Shown piece after piece: positions 48,353-57,060 of a stretch of DNA of 64,000 bases (position 1 is its first letter; each line of letters starts with the position of its first letter). Made by a program: the position numbers and the translations under genes. The stretch is from a virus (lineage: Duplodnaviria; Caudoviricetes), in the IMG/VR virus record IMGVR_UViG_3300021958_008605, positions 1-64,000 of that record; one strand, given 5' to 3'. The notes beneath the pieces are model-generated. The model searched no databases, had not been told where the DNA came from, and saw only the letters and a program-made list of their open reading frames with translations.

Positions 48353-48361
48353 TATAAATAT
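48353..48361 (-). promoter_or_regulatory. ATATTTATA upstream motif (putative phage promoter)
   Basis: About 20 nt before the giant tail gene ATG (48332). Confidence 0.55.
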
Positions 48362-48370
48362 CTTTAAATA

Positions 48371-48384
48371 ATATTTATAAATAT
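48371..48384. promoter_or_regulatory. Palindromic TATTTATAAATA element carrying the ATATTTATA motif on both strands, between divergent genes
   Basis: 48372-48383 is a perfect palindrome located between the tail-gene start (48332, minus) and the small plus-strand gene (48409). Confidence 0.5.
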
Positions 48385-48408
48385 ATATTCAATAGAAATC
48401 TATATATT

Positions 48409-48573
48409 ATGGGAAAATATACTACAATACAAATAAAAAGAGAATTATACAGAGAACTACACAACTATTGTTGTGAGTATGGTTATACTAAGAGTGGTTT
48501 AATTGAAAGGTTAATTAAACAAAAGATAAACCAACCCAAACCTCAAAATGTTTTAAGGGTTGCTAAAACTTAA
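48409..48573 (+). CDS. Small ribbon-helix-helix-like DNA-binding protein (54 aa)
   Basis: Manually translated: MGKYTTIQIKRELYRELHNYCCEYGYTKSGLIERLIKQKINQPKPQNVLRVAKT, a strand-helix-G-x-T/S-x-S-helix pattern. Confidence 0.7.
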   Translation: MGKYTTIQIKRELYRELHNYCCEYGYTKSGLIERLIKQKINQPKPQNVLRVAKT

Positions 48574-51500
48574 CTTGGGAAAATCCTTTTTCTTTCTTAA
48601 TCTCAATAAGACCATCTACAACATCTCTCATTGAGTCAATGTGTGATATTACCATTACGAAATCAAACTGAGTTTTAAGGTATGTAAACAGCATAAAGAG
48701 GGATTGTAGGTTCTCACTATCTAAAGTACCGAACCCTTCATCTATCACAAGGAAATTAGGTCTTGGAAGGTTACATACATTAATTAGAGCAACTCTAATT
48801 GCTAAACCACTAATAAACCTCTCCATACCACTACACATTTCCAAACTCCATCTTTGGTCTCCATATACAAGATATGCATTAATGTTCTTACCATCAATCT
48901 CTAATTGCATTCCAAACTCTACGATTTGTGCTAAGATATTATTTACCTCACCTTCAATCATTGGTAATGCTTTTTCAATCAATTCATAAGATACACCATC
49001 TTTGGATAATGCATTCAGATAGAAATCAAACAATCTACTCTGAGATTCTAAATCCTTAACCTCATTGATTCTATCTTCAATAGTTTCCTTTTGGTTCTGT
49101 AATGCTGATACTTTACCATTTAATTTAAGAACATCTGTATTTACTCCTTTAAGTTCATCCTTAACAATTGTAAGTTTTTCTCTTACTCCAGTAATCTCAT
49201 TTCGTATTTCCTTATTCTTATTAATCTGCTTTTCATTTTTATAATATTCTTCAATAAGTTTCTCTTGTTGATTAAATTGTTGTGAATTTCGTAATTCTTC
49301 AGTTTCAATTGTTGATAACTTGTTAATAAGTTGGGATACTTCTCTATCTATTTTATCTTCTTTTTCTTTTGCTTCTTGAAAATTATCCCATTCTTTTTCA
49401 TAATCTTTAAGAGAATCTTTTTCAATATTTAAATTTAACTTTTGTTTCTGAAAATCTTGTAGTGAGCTTTTACTTTCTTCTATTTTAGAATCTACATCTG
49501 ATTTTGTTTCTAAAATAGATTTAGAGTTTTCCATACAAATATCACATTCTTCATTATATTTGTGTTTATCTAAATGCTCTTTTCTATCATACAAAGATTC
49601 TAATTTAATATTAACTTTTTCTATTTCAGTATCTACATTTGTTAAATCTTTTTTTAATCTTTTTAATTTAGTAATTCCTTCTTCTAAATTTTCTTCATCA
49701 AACTTATCTAATATTTCTTCTAATTGAATTTGTAATTCTTCCCTATGAGTAACTCTATCTTGTATAGATTCTTTTTGAGTTTGAATATCTTCTTTTTTAT
49801 CTTCGAGGATTCCTAGTCTCTTTTCTAATTCTTCGATTGAAACTCCACTATCGGCATTTAACTTTACGATTTTCTCATTTAGGGATATAATTTTTTTGTT
49901 TAGAACATCTTCTTCATCCTTTAAAGATTTTTGAGAAATTTCTAATAACTTATATTCGTTTTTATTTGTTTTTAAATCAGTGTCGATTTCTGCCAATTTT
50001 GTCGTAAAATCATCACTCTTAAATTTTCTGATAAGTGTTGCATTATCTCTATTCTCATCTGCTGCCTTTTGATATAGTTTATCAAAGATGTTTACACCAA
50101 TAAATTGAGAAAGTATTTCTTTTCTTTCCGATTGTGATTTATCTATAAAGAGTGCATTGTTTCCTTGTAGAGAAAGAGCAGTTAGAACGAAATCCTCAAA
50201 CTTACCTAAGTACTTTTCTATCTCTTTATTAGTATCTTTTCTTTGTTCACCATTAAGTGATTCTATAACTCCATTATCATCTCTCCAAAAATCTACATCT
50301 ACTTTTACTGATGTACCCTTTCTAACATACTTAGCCCGTCTCTCAATGAAGTAATCGATTCCATCTATCTCAAAGTTAAACTTACAATAGAAAGTAGGTT
50401 TACGATTGTTTAAAACATTCTTAGAGATGTTTGTACGAGAAGTCTTATCATAGATACAGAAAGAGAGTGCATCCCACATAGAAGATTTACCACTAGCGTT
50501 GGGAGCAAAGATACCCATGATACCTTGTGCTTTATCAAATCTAATTAGATTACCCTCACCATAGGAAAACATATTAGAAAACTCAAATGTCTTTGGTGTC
50601 CATAGAATGTTACCCATTGAATCTGAATCATCTATATGTGAGTTTAGTTCTGAGTTTATTTCTGCTATCTTATCTAACTCCTCATCTTCTAATAGATACT
50701 GTCTTTCTAAGTAATCTCGTATTAAGGAGTTTTGGAATGTTTCATCTTTAACATTACCGACAATGTTTTTATTTACTTTCTGATTTGTTTTTAATTGACC
50801 GATTGTATCAGTTCTTGTTACAGTAACTTCGGCAACTTTGAATAACTTCTTTAGTTCAGTTATTCTTCTCTTCATATCACTTGCCTCTGTTCTTGTGAAT
50901 CTCAATCTTAATCTTGGATACTTTGGAAGTTTAGTACCAACTTCATCATACACCCATTGAGGTATCTTACCATCTACAACATCAACTGTTAAGAATCCAT
51001 AATCATTATGGATATGGTGTTCTGTAAAAGTTCTTGTTGGAATATCCCAAAGTAAGTAACCATGATTTTCAAGTAACTCACCATGATTTTGTTGAATCAT
51101 GGAACCAGCATAAGCAATGTGTTCATAACCAGGTCCGAATGTTTGTCTTTTATGGATATCACCCAACATGGCCATATCGAATCCATCAAACATATCCACT
51201 TGGAATGAGTTTGAAGAAACGGTATAGCCGATATCTGTTTGAGCTTTGTTTACTGGTCCATGAAATAAAACGATTTTATTTTCTCCATCAACGGTATCTC
51301 CTTTAGGCCAATTTTCCTTGTTATCCAATATAGAATAGACAACGAAAGTAAGATTATGAATATTATAGACACCAGTATCACGAAGATAATGAATTCGATT
51401 ATTTCCAAGATTTTCGATAATTGGTGTGAGTACATCTAGTCTGTGGGAATTATTTAAATTACAATCATGATTACCTGTGATTAACACAGTTTCTCTTAAC

Positions 51501-51721
51501 TTCGCACACTCGGTGAGAAACCAACTTATTTCGTGTACGAGTTCGGGTGACATCTCAGTTTTAGCATGAGCAATATCACCAGCAATATAGATTAGAGAAT
51601 CTTCTATATTATCTTGTTTAACTTGTTTTAAGAATTTTTTGAATACTTGTTTGTATTCTTTATGTCTTTGGAGATTCCTAATATGTAAATCTGCCAAATG
51701 ATAAACTTTATTTATTATCAT
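48563..51721 (-). CDS. Fused SbcD/Mre11 (gp47-like) nuclease + SbcC/Rad50 (gp46-like) ATPase
   Basis: Metallophosphoesterase DLH, GD, GNHD, FHG, GDIH; Walker A APNASGKS; coiled coil with CDIC zinc hook; signature CSGMERF; Walker B LVIDEGFG; ISH. Confidence 0.92.
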   Translation of the reverse strand: MIINKVYHLADLHIRNLQRHKEYKQVFKKFLKQVKQDNIEDSLIYIAGDIAHAKTEMSPELVHEISWFLTECAKLRETVLITGNHDCNLNNSHRLDVLTPIIENLGNNRIHYLRDTGVYNIHNLTFVVYSILDNKENWPKGDTVDGENKIVLFHGPVNKAQTDIGYTVSSNSFQVDMFDGFDMAMLGDIHKRQTFGPGYEHIAYAGSMIQQNHGELLENHGYLLWDIPTRTFTEHHIHNDYGFLTVDVVDGKIPQWVYDEVGTKLPKYPRLRLRFTRTEASDMKRRITELKKLFKVAEVTVTRTDTIGQLKTNQKVNKNIVGNVKDETFQNSLIRDYLERQYLLEDEELDKIAEINSELNSHIDDSDSMGNILWTPKTFEFSNMFSYGEGNLIRFDKAQGIMGIFAPNASGKSSMWDALSFCIYDKTSRTNISKNVLNNRKPTFYCKFNFEIDGIDYFIERRAKYVRKGTSVKVDVDFWRDDNGVIESLNGEQRKDTNKEIEKYLGKFEDFVLTALSLQGNNALFIDKSQSERKEILSQFIGVNIFDKLYQKAADENRDNATLIRKFKSDDFTTKLAEIDTDLKTNKNEYKLLEISQKSLKDEEDVLNKKIISLNEKIVKLNADSGVSIEELEKRLGILEDKKEDIQTQKESIQDRVTHREELQIQLEEILDKFDEENLEEGITKLKRLKKDLTNVDTEIEKVNIKLESLYDRKEHLDKHKYNEECDICMENSKSILETKSDVDSKIEESKSSLQDFQKQKLNLNIEKDSLKDYEKEWDNFQEAKEKEDKIDREVSQLINKLSTIETEELRNSQQFNQQEKLIEEYYKNEKQINKNKEIRNEITGVREKLTIVKDELKGVNTDVLKLNGKVSALQNQKETIEDRINEVKDLESQSRLFDFYLNALSKDGVSYELIEKALPMIEGEVNNILAQIVEFGMQLEIDGKNINAYLVYGDQRWSLEMCSGMERFISGLAIRVALINVCNLPRPNFLVIDEGFGTLDSENLQSLFMLFTYLKTQFDFVMVISHIDSMRDVVDGLIEIKKEKGFSQVKF

Positions 51722-52662
51722 AAACCTTTTAATTTTTGTGATATAATATCACCGAAACCAGTTTCTTCTGTTTCTTTTAATTTTGAATTTATTTGTGAAA
51801 ATCCCATATCAGATGCATCTTTATCTGATGGTACAATGTTTTTTGTTTGAATACCTTGATTGGTATATTGCATAGTATATCGTAACGCTTCTTGTTGTGC
51901 ATCTTCATCTAATAAGATGTTAACACTCTTTACTCCATTTTTAAATATAGCATCATTTAATTTTTTAGGAACGAACTTACCCAATATTGGTATAGCATTC
52001 CTTTTTACCGCCATTGCATCAAATACACCTTCTACTAATGTTATTGGTTCTTTCCAATTTATTTGGTTTTCGAACATGATAACATTTTTCGAAACTGGTG
52101 GATTTTTGTATTTAAATTTTTCCTCAGTAAATACAGACCTCGCGATGAAGTAATTGAGTCTGTTATCTCTATCATAAGAAGGAATAATAATCCTATTGGC
52201 ATAATGACCAGAATCACAATAACCGATATTATATCTTCTAATATCTTCTCTAGTGATACCCCTTTCTTCTGCATATTTCAATGCCTTTCTGTACACAGGA
52301 TTTATCTTTCCTTTTGGTACTTTTAAAAGTGACTGAAACTCATTAGGTAACCTTAACTCTACCTTTTCTTCTTCGGTATCCTTACTATAAACAATATAAT
52401 CATCACCATAGATTTCATATAATTTCTTTAATTTATGAGAATCTACATGAAGTCTTTTAAGTAATCTTTGTATCTTTCTTCCTTTTGCATCACAAACCCA
52501 ACAATGCCAATATTGAGTTTTTAAGTTAATTTGTAACTTTTTCTTATGGTGATGGCAAAATGGACAGTAGTGAGCTTGTTCATCATTTTTCATAGATGTA
52601 CCCACTCCCAATACACCATTTAATATGTTTATAACTTCTTGTTTCTCGTGATGTGAAAGCAT
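51718..52662 (-). CDS. DnaG-type DNA primase (zinc finger + TOPRIM)
   Basis: CPFCHHH...HCWVC zinc finger; LVEGVFDAM and LDED TOPRIM motifs. Confidence 0.88.
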   Translation of the reverse strand: MLSHHEKQEVINILNGVLGVGTSMKNDEQAHYCPFCHHHKKKLQINLKTQYWHCWVCDAKGRKIQRLLKRLHVDSHKLKKLYEIYGDDYIVYSKDTEEEKVELRLPNEFQSLLKVPKGKINPVYRKALKYAEERGITREDIRRYNIGYCDSGHYANRIIIPSYDRDNRLNYFIARSVFTEEKFKYKNPPVSKNVIMFENQINWKEPITLVEGVFDAMAVKRNAIPILGKFVPKKLNDAIFKNGVKSVNILLDEDAQQEALRYTMQYTNQGIQTKNIVPSDKDASDMGFSQINSKLKETEETGFGDIISQKLKGL

Positions 52663-52682
52663 ACTTTACCTTTAAAACTATA

Positions 52683-52714
52683 CAAATATACGAAAAATAA
52701 TTTAAATATCCAAA
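52683..52714 (-). promoter_or_regulatory. Bacteroidota-type housekeeping sigma promoter upstream of the primase
   Basis: Minus strand reads TTTG-N20-TATATTTG, matching the -33 TTTG / -7 TAnnTTTG consensus with 19-21 nt spacer. Confidence 0.6.
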
Positions 52715-53148
52715 TCTTTTCTAAAAAATTTGCCTAATATATTATCATTTAACGATAATTCATCCTCTAAAACCTTATTTTGAAACAATTCTTCTACTTC
52801 ATAATAGGTTAATGATTTTGGTGTTTTACAAAATCTAAGGATTTTTAACTCCAAACTATCATTTATTTTATCTTGATTACCAGTTTCTTTTCCAGCTTCG
52901 TGTTCATGGAACCACAGTTGAACTGCAGTATTTGAAGAACGATAATCTACCCATTTAGATTCTTTGATTACTTTTCTTTTTCTTTTGTACCCCTTTAGTG
53001 GTGGTAATGTTCTTTTTGCATATAAGGATTTTTTCCCTATATAGTATTCACCTGTTTGGTGGTTTATTATTTTGTATATAAATCCGATAGTCCCCTCAGG
53101 CATATCTGATATTTCTGTTATTGGTCTACCTTGGTAACTCCATCCCAT
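52702..53148 (-). CDS. GIY-YIG-like protein
   Basis: GFIYKIIN...YYIGKK...YYE...LNDNI; likely start at MGWSYQG (53148). Confidence 0.65.
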   Translation of the reverse strand: MGWSYQGRPITEISDMPEGTIGFIYKIINHQTGEYYIGKKSLYAKRTLPPLKGYKRKRKVIKESKWVDYRSSNTAVQLWFHEHEAGKETGNQDKINDSLELKILRFCKTPKSLTYYEVEELFQNKVLEDELSLNDNILGKFFRKDLDI

Positions 53149-53707
53149 AGTTAAAAATTTTAAAGTCATTTTCATACCTTTCTTTTACCCAATCTATCAT
53201 CCAATCTTCGCTATAAAAGGTTTTATAATAACCCTCTTGTTTTAGATTTGGATGTCTATCATATATTGGATTTCGGTTCAAATGAGGTAACTTATAATTA
53301 TTAACACCTATTGTGTTAAAAATATGTTTTATATCTTCTTTTAAGTTTTCATACTTTCCTATAAAAGAAATCTTTTTTTGTTTATTACTTCCAGCTTTTG
53401 TAAAAAAATACTGAGGCATTAACCATATATCACTTTTACTTTCTTTTGTTAATAAATCTGAGAATGTTGATTTATAGATACCTTTTCTTATACCATGTTC
53501 ATATACAGAAGCTAATCGTGTATATGGATTTCTTACAAATGTAAAAATAAAAAAATCATCTACATCCTCAAATGCTCTAATAGAATCATGTGATTGTAAA
53601 ATTTTAGTACCAGGTATTTTTGATAATACATTTGTAATTGATGTACCACCTGTTTTAGGTATGTGAATAAATGCCCATTTCTGAGCTTGGTTAATGAGTA
53701 AACTCAA
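53126..53707 (-). CDS. Sulfotransferase family 2 (carbohydrate sulfotransferase-like)
   Basis: 5'-PSB FIHIPKTGGTSI, 3'-PB FVRNPYTRLASVY, IGKYENL, YENDFKIFNY; TTG start. Confidence 0.88.
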   Translation of the reverse strand: MSLLINQAQKWAFIHIPKTGGTSITNVLSKIPGTKILQSHDSIRAFEDVDDFFIFTFVRNPYTRLASVYEHGIRKGIYKSTFSDLLTKESKSDIWLMPQYFFTKAGSNKQKKISFIGKYENLKEDIKHIFNTIGVNNYKLPHLNRNPIYDRHPNLKQEGYYKTFYSEDWMIDWVKERYENDFKIFNYGMELPR

Positions 53708-53717
53708 AATGAAAGTT

Positions 53718-53900
53718 TTAGCGTGAAACAGAATCAGAATATTTTTTCTGATTTAATTTTCCTCCTCTTGCATTTGCAAGAGCTTTATCATCTTTGTGAA
53801 GTTTGTTTGTAGAATCAGCTGATATAGGAGTTTTATCTTTACCCTTATCTGCTAATTTAGAAAATTCTGATTTGTTGTATAAGTCTTGTATTGATGCCAT
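53718..53900 (-). CDS. Small basic hypothetical protein (60 aa)
   Basis: MASIQDLYNK...; ATG at 53900 is preceded by AAGGAG and the ATATTTATA motif. Confidence 0.7.
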   Translation of the reverse strand: MASIQDLYNKSEFSKLADKGKDKTPISADSTNKLHKDDKALANARGGKLNQKKYSDSVSR

Positions 53901-53922
53901 AATTAGTATCTCCTTTGTATTA

Positions 53923-53931
53923 TATAAATAT
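53923..53931 (-). promoter_or_regulatory. ATATTTATA upstream motif (putative phage promoter)
   Basis: About 22 nt before ATG 53900. Confidence 0.55.
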
Positions 53932-53934
53932 AGT

Positions 53935-55065
53935 TTATGTATCGAAACGAACAATAAAGTTCACATCGTAATCTGGTAGGTTCTTTATTGGTGTTGGTAA
54001 TTTAGCAACTGCAACCATATCCCCATCATTATCATACAACCCAATAGTTGATATATAAGTTGTTAAATATGAGCCTGTTGGGTCTGTTGATGCATTAGTA
54101 AAATAATCATTCCAAGTACCAGTTGTAGAACCATATGAACCTGTATAAGATGATTTTTGTGATATATCTCTTACTTCTTTTATTTTTTTAGTTTGTGCAG
54201 AACTTACATTTGTAACAGCAGTTGTTGTGAAATCATATGAACCACTTAAAGTTACATCAACTGCTGATGGGTTTTGTGAATAATTAAATTCACCAGCTTT
54301 ACTTGAAATTAAAACCTCGGTTTCGTGTATTGTTTTTGTACTTTTAAATGTACAACTATATTCACTAAGTTCTGATAATCCAGTAAATACTAACAATCCA
54401 TCGGAGTAAAATATATTACCATATTGTGTTTGGTCAATATTCAATCCTTCAAACTCTAATGGAGATGCCGTCTCAAGAGTATTATTTTGAAAATCAAGCC
54501 TAACAACTGTAACAGTATTGGTATCACTTCCAAATGTTAGTACAGCTACTCCTGTTTGAAAGTCCATACTTGTAATTGTTCCTGTAAACAAATCTCCATC
54601 AGCATCTTGTATAACAATACTACTATCTTGTAAATCAACTGATACTACAACATATATAGGTGTGTTTGCTGTTACATTTCCTTGAGAATCATCTACATAA
54701 ACAACACCATCATTATCAGTAAACTGTAAACTACCTGGTTTAATTCTTTCACCATACTTATTCTGTGGAATTGGAATAACATAAATAGTATCACTTATAT
54801 TTCTTTTAGTAGTAGCATCCGATGGGTCTTCAAGGCTTCCGAATAAGTTAAATATATTATCTTGATTTTGAAAATATTTTGATTTTATTGAAGAATATAA
54901 AGAAGAAGTAACAAAACCACTTTGAGTAACAGAGTTATCTATATCATAATATCCCTCACCAAGAGATGCAGATATGACAGAATAATTAGAGTGTGTTACT
55001 GTCCAATTCTTATGAACCTTAAAACTCCTACGATTGACACTCGATTTTGGTATTGTTTTTAACAT
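53935..55065 (-). CDS. Virion structural protein (baseplate/tail-collar-like)
   Basis: C-terminal GEFNYSQNPS...YISTIGLYDNDGDMVAVAKLPTPIK...FIVRFD, shared with 55154..56359. Confidence 0.6.
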   Translation of the reverse strand: MLKTIPKSSVNRRSFKVHKNWTVTHSNYSVISASLGEGYYDIDNSVTQSGFVTSSLYSSIKSKYFQNQDNIFNLFGSLEDPSDATTKRNISDTIYVIPIPQNKYGERIKPGSLQFTDNDGVVYVDDSQGNVTANTPIYVVVSVDLQDSSIVIQDADGDLFTGTITSMDFQTGVAVLTFGSDTNTVTVVRLDFQNNTLETASPLEFEGLNIDQTQYGNIFYSDGLLVFTGLSELSEYSCTFKSTKTIHETEVLISSKAGEFNYSQNPSAVDVTLSGSYDFTTTAVTNVSSAQTKKIKEVRDISQKSSYTGSYGSTTGTWNDYFTNASTDPTGSYLTTYISTIGLYDNDGDMVAVAKLPTPIKNLPDYDVNFIVRFDT

Positions 55066-55083
55066 AGTGATATTACTCCTCTA

Positions 55084-55092
55084 TATAAATAT
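55084..55092 (-). promoter_or_regulatory. ATATTTATA upstream motif (putative phage promoter)
   Basis: Immediately downstream of the terminator, about 18 nt before ATG 55065. Confidence 0.6.
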
Positions 55093-55096
55093 GTAG

Positions 55097-55126
55097 AAAT
55101 AAAAAACCCCATTCACGATGGGGTTT
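55097..55126 (-). terminator. Rho-independent terminator
   Basis: Minus strand AAACCCCAT-CGTGA-ATGGGGTTT followed by TTTATTT, downstream of 55154..56359. Confidence 0.8.
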
Positions 55127-55153
55127 GTTATGTTTGAAATGTGTACCTACGGT

Positions 55154-56359
55154 TTAGAAATCAAGTTTTACTTTGATTAATACTTCTTTATCAAATGATT
55201 TAGCAATTGGTTGTGATGTTTTAGATACTGCAATCATTTCGTTTGCATCATTATATAATCCAACAGTTGTAATAAATGTATTTGGATTTTTTTCAAATGT
55301 TGATTCTGCGAATGTTCCATCTGAACCTGTTACAAATGTTGGGTTGTTAGAGAAGTTAAATTCTCTGTTAGTTGCTCTTACAAAGTAATGTGAAGTAGAA
55401 ACATTTTCTGTTCTTCTTGCTTCAAAATCAGCACCTAACTGAATTGATTCAACTAATCTTAAATGGTTTTTAGCACTTGCATTTGTTGCTAAACTTCCTT
55501 TTAAATCTCTACCATGAACACTTCCAAGTGAACTTGAAACTGCTGTTGGGTTAAGTACTATTAATCCTTGGTCAGGGTAGAACAGTCCAAATCCTTCTCC
55601 ATTTACACCATAGTTTGTATTGATTGTTGCTGAGTTCTCTGTACCTAAGTTAAGTGAACCACTTACAACATTAAATACTCTACCTGCTTTTCCAACTGTA
55701 TCATCAAATTTCTTTCCACTATCATCTATTAATGTAGTTGTACCCAATGAACCACTTAAAGTAAGTGACCAGTTTCCTGCATCCATTTTTTCTTTATATC
55801 TTGCTCTTGCAACATTGATTACATAGATGGCATCTGAATCGTGTGTTCCTGCAGCTGATGAAGATACAAATGTAAATTTAGAATCATCTTGGTCTAAAAG
55901 GATTGAACGATACTGATTGTAAGTTGCTTTAGTTTCTAAAGTTGAGTTATCATCTCCAGATAATGCTGGGGAACCTTTACCCAATCTATTCCCATACGCA
56001 ACTGCAAACTGTACTGATGATGTTGCTGCTGTATCGTAAACATTATAGTAATATTTACCACTTGCTGCTGATACTTGAGCAGATGAGGTATAGAAAGATG
56101 TTAAACTTCCAGTATCACCACTCCAAAGACCAGTTGTAACAACTTCAACCTTACCATTAATTTGGTCAAATTCGTTAAATCGTTTATAAATTCCCGTAGT
56201 AATTGTACCACCTTGTCCTGCTAACTTATCACCACCAACTAAATATTGGTTAATGATAGTGGCAAGTTGTTCAGAGGTAAGATTACCTTGTTGAGCAGAT
56301 AAGTAATTTGCTAACTCTTGGGTTAAGTTTGCTCCTGCTTGTCCTGTTATTTGTGCCAT
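55154..56359 (-). CDS. Virion structural protein (baseplate/tail-collar-like), paralogue of 53935..55065
   Basis: REFNFSNNPT...FITTVGLYNDANEMIAVSKTSQPIAK...IKVKLDF. Confidence 0.6.
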   Translation of the reverse strand: MAQITGQAGANLTQELANYLSAQQGNLTSEQLATIINQYLVGGDKLAGQGGTITTGIYKRFNEFDQINGKVEVVTTGLWSGDTGSLTSFYTSSAQVSAASGKYYYNVYDTAATSSVQFAVAYGNRLGKGSPALSGDDNSTLETKATYNQYRSILLDQDDSKFTFVSSSAAGTHDSDAIYVINVARARYKEKMDAGNWSLTLSGSLGTTTLIDDSGKKFDDTVGKAGRVFNVVSGSLNLGTENSATINTNYGVNGEGFGLFYPDQGLIVLNPTAVSSSLGSVHGRDLKGSLATNASAKNHLRLVESIQLGADFEARRTENVSTSHYFVRATNREFNFSNNPTFVTGSDGTFAESTFEKNPNTFITTVGLYNDANEMIAVSKTSQPIAKSFDKEVLIKVKLDF

Positions 56360-56377
56360 TTTATTTTTTCCTCTTTA

Positions 56378-57001
56378 TTAACTTGGTTGTACATATGTTA
56401 TTGTTACTGGAATCGATTGTGAACCACCAGTCTCATTTCCATAAACAGTAATAGTTGTTTTAACTGTTGCTGTTATGTTAGGATTAGGAATGAAAGTAAA
56501 TTCAAGTCCTGTTTCAACTGCGGCTGTTGCAGTTAATTCATCCCCTAAGAATGTTGGTGTTGTTCCATTTTCTATACCACTACCTACGATAGAACCTGCG
56601 TTTTTATTAGCAAGTATTACTGTATATCCACTTTGTGTGTTTCCACTTGGTGAAGTTGTTGGTGATAAGTTCACCTGTCCACCATTTTGAGTTGTAGAAA
56701 TTGAAGGGACTCCAAACTCAACTTTAGGAATCTTAGTTGTACCTTTTGGTAAAGTAACTAACTTGTATCTTAATACTTGAGTTTCATCTGGTGAAGCTTC
56801 AGTTACAGGTATTGCTCTAATAGCTGCATCATAATAAGCACTTCCTTTTGGATGTGCTGGTTCGTAAAGGGTATAATCTATTTCATCATCACCCAAAGCG
56901 AACTTTGTGATGTTTAAACCTTGTCCAGCTGCTAACTTCTCTCTACCCTTCTTAGTAAGAATTGCATCTACTGTGATTTCGGTGTTATCTAAATAAGCCA
57001 T
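56378..57001 (-). CDS. Virion structural protein, tail-collar fibre (DUF3751)-like N-terminus
   Basis: ILTKKGREKLAAGQGLNITKFALGDD resembles the 'LT..G...LA......L.IT..A.GD' tail-collar motif. Confidence 0.55.
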   Translation of the reverse strand: MAYLDNTEITVDAILTKKGREKLAAGQGLNITKFALGDDEIDYTLYEPAHPKGSAYYDAAIRAIPVTEASPDETQVLRYKLVTLPKGTTKIPKVEFGVPSISTTQNGGQVNLSPTTSPSGNTQSGYTVILANKNAGSIVGSGIENGTTPTFLGDELTATAAVETGLEFTFIPNPNITATVKTTITVYGNETGGSQSIPVTITYVQPS

Positions 57002-57032
57002 AATTTAAATTCCTTGTTAATGTTATTCAATA

Positions 57033-57041
57033 TATAAATAT
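57033..57041 (-). promoter_or_regulatory. ATATTTATA upstream motif (putative phage promoter)
   Basis: Intergenic, about 31 nt before ATG 57001. Confidence 0.55.
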
Positions 57042-57060
57042 AACTATTTTATAAAATCAT

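Noticed and set aside
51250-52274. Short minus-strand ORFs 51250..51435 and 52059..52274 with hydrophobic, TM-like stretches
   Set aside because: They are alternative frames nested inside sbcCD and the primase; not credible holins or membrane proteins.
57046-57057. Palindrome ATTTTATAAAAT upstream of 57001
   Set aside because: Pure A/T palindromes are expected by chance in this AT-rich genome; there is no second supporting copy.
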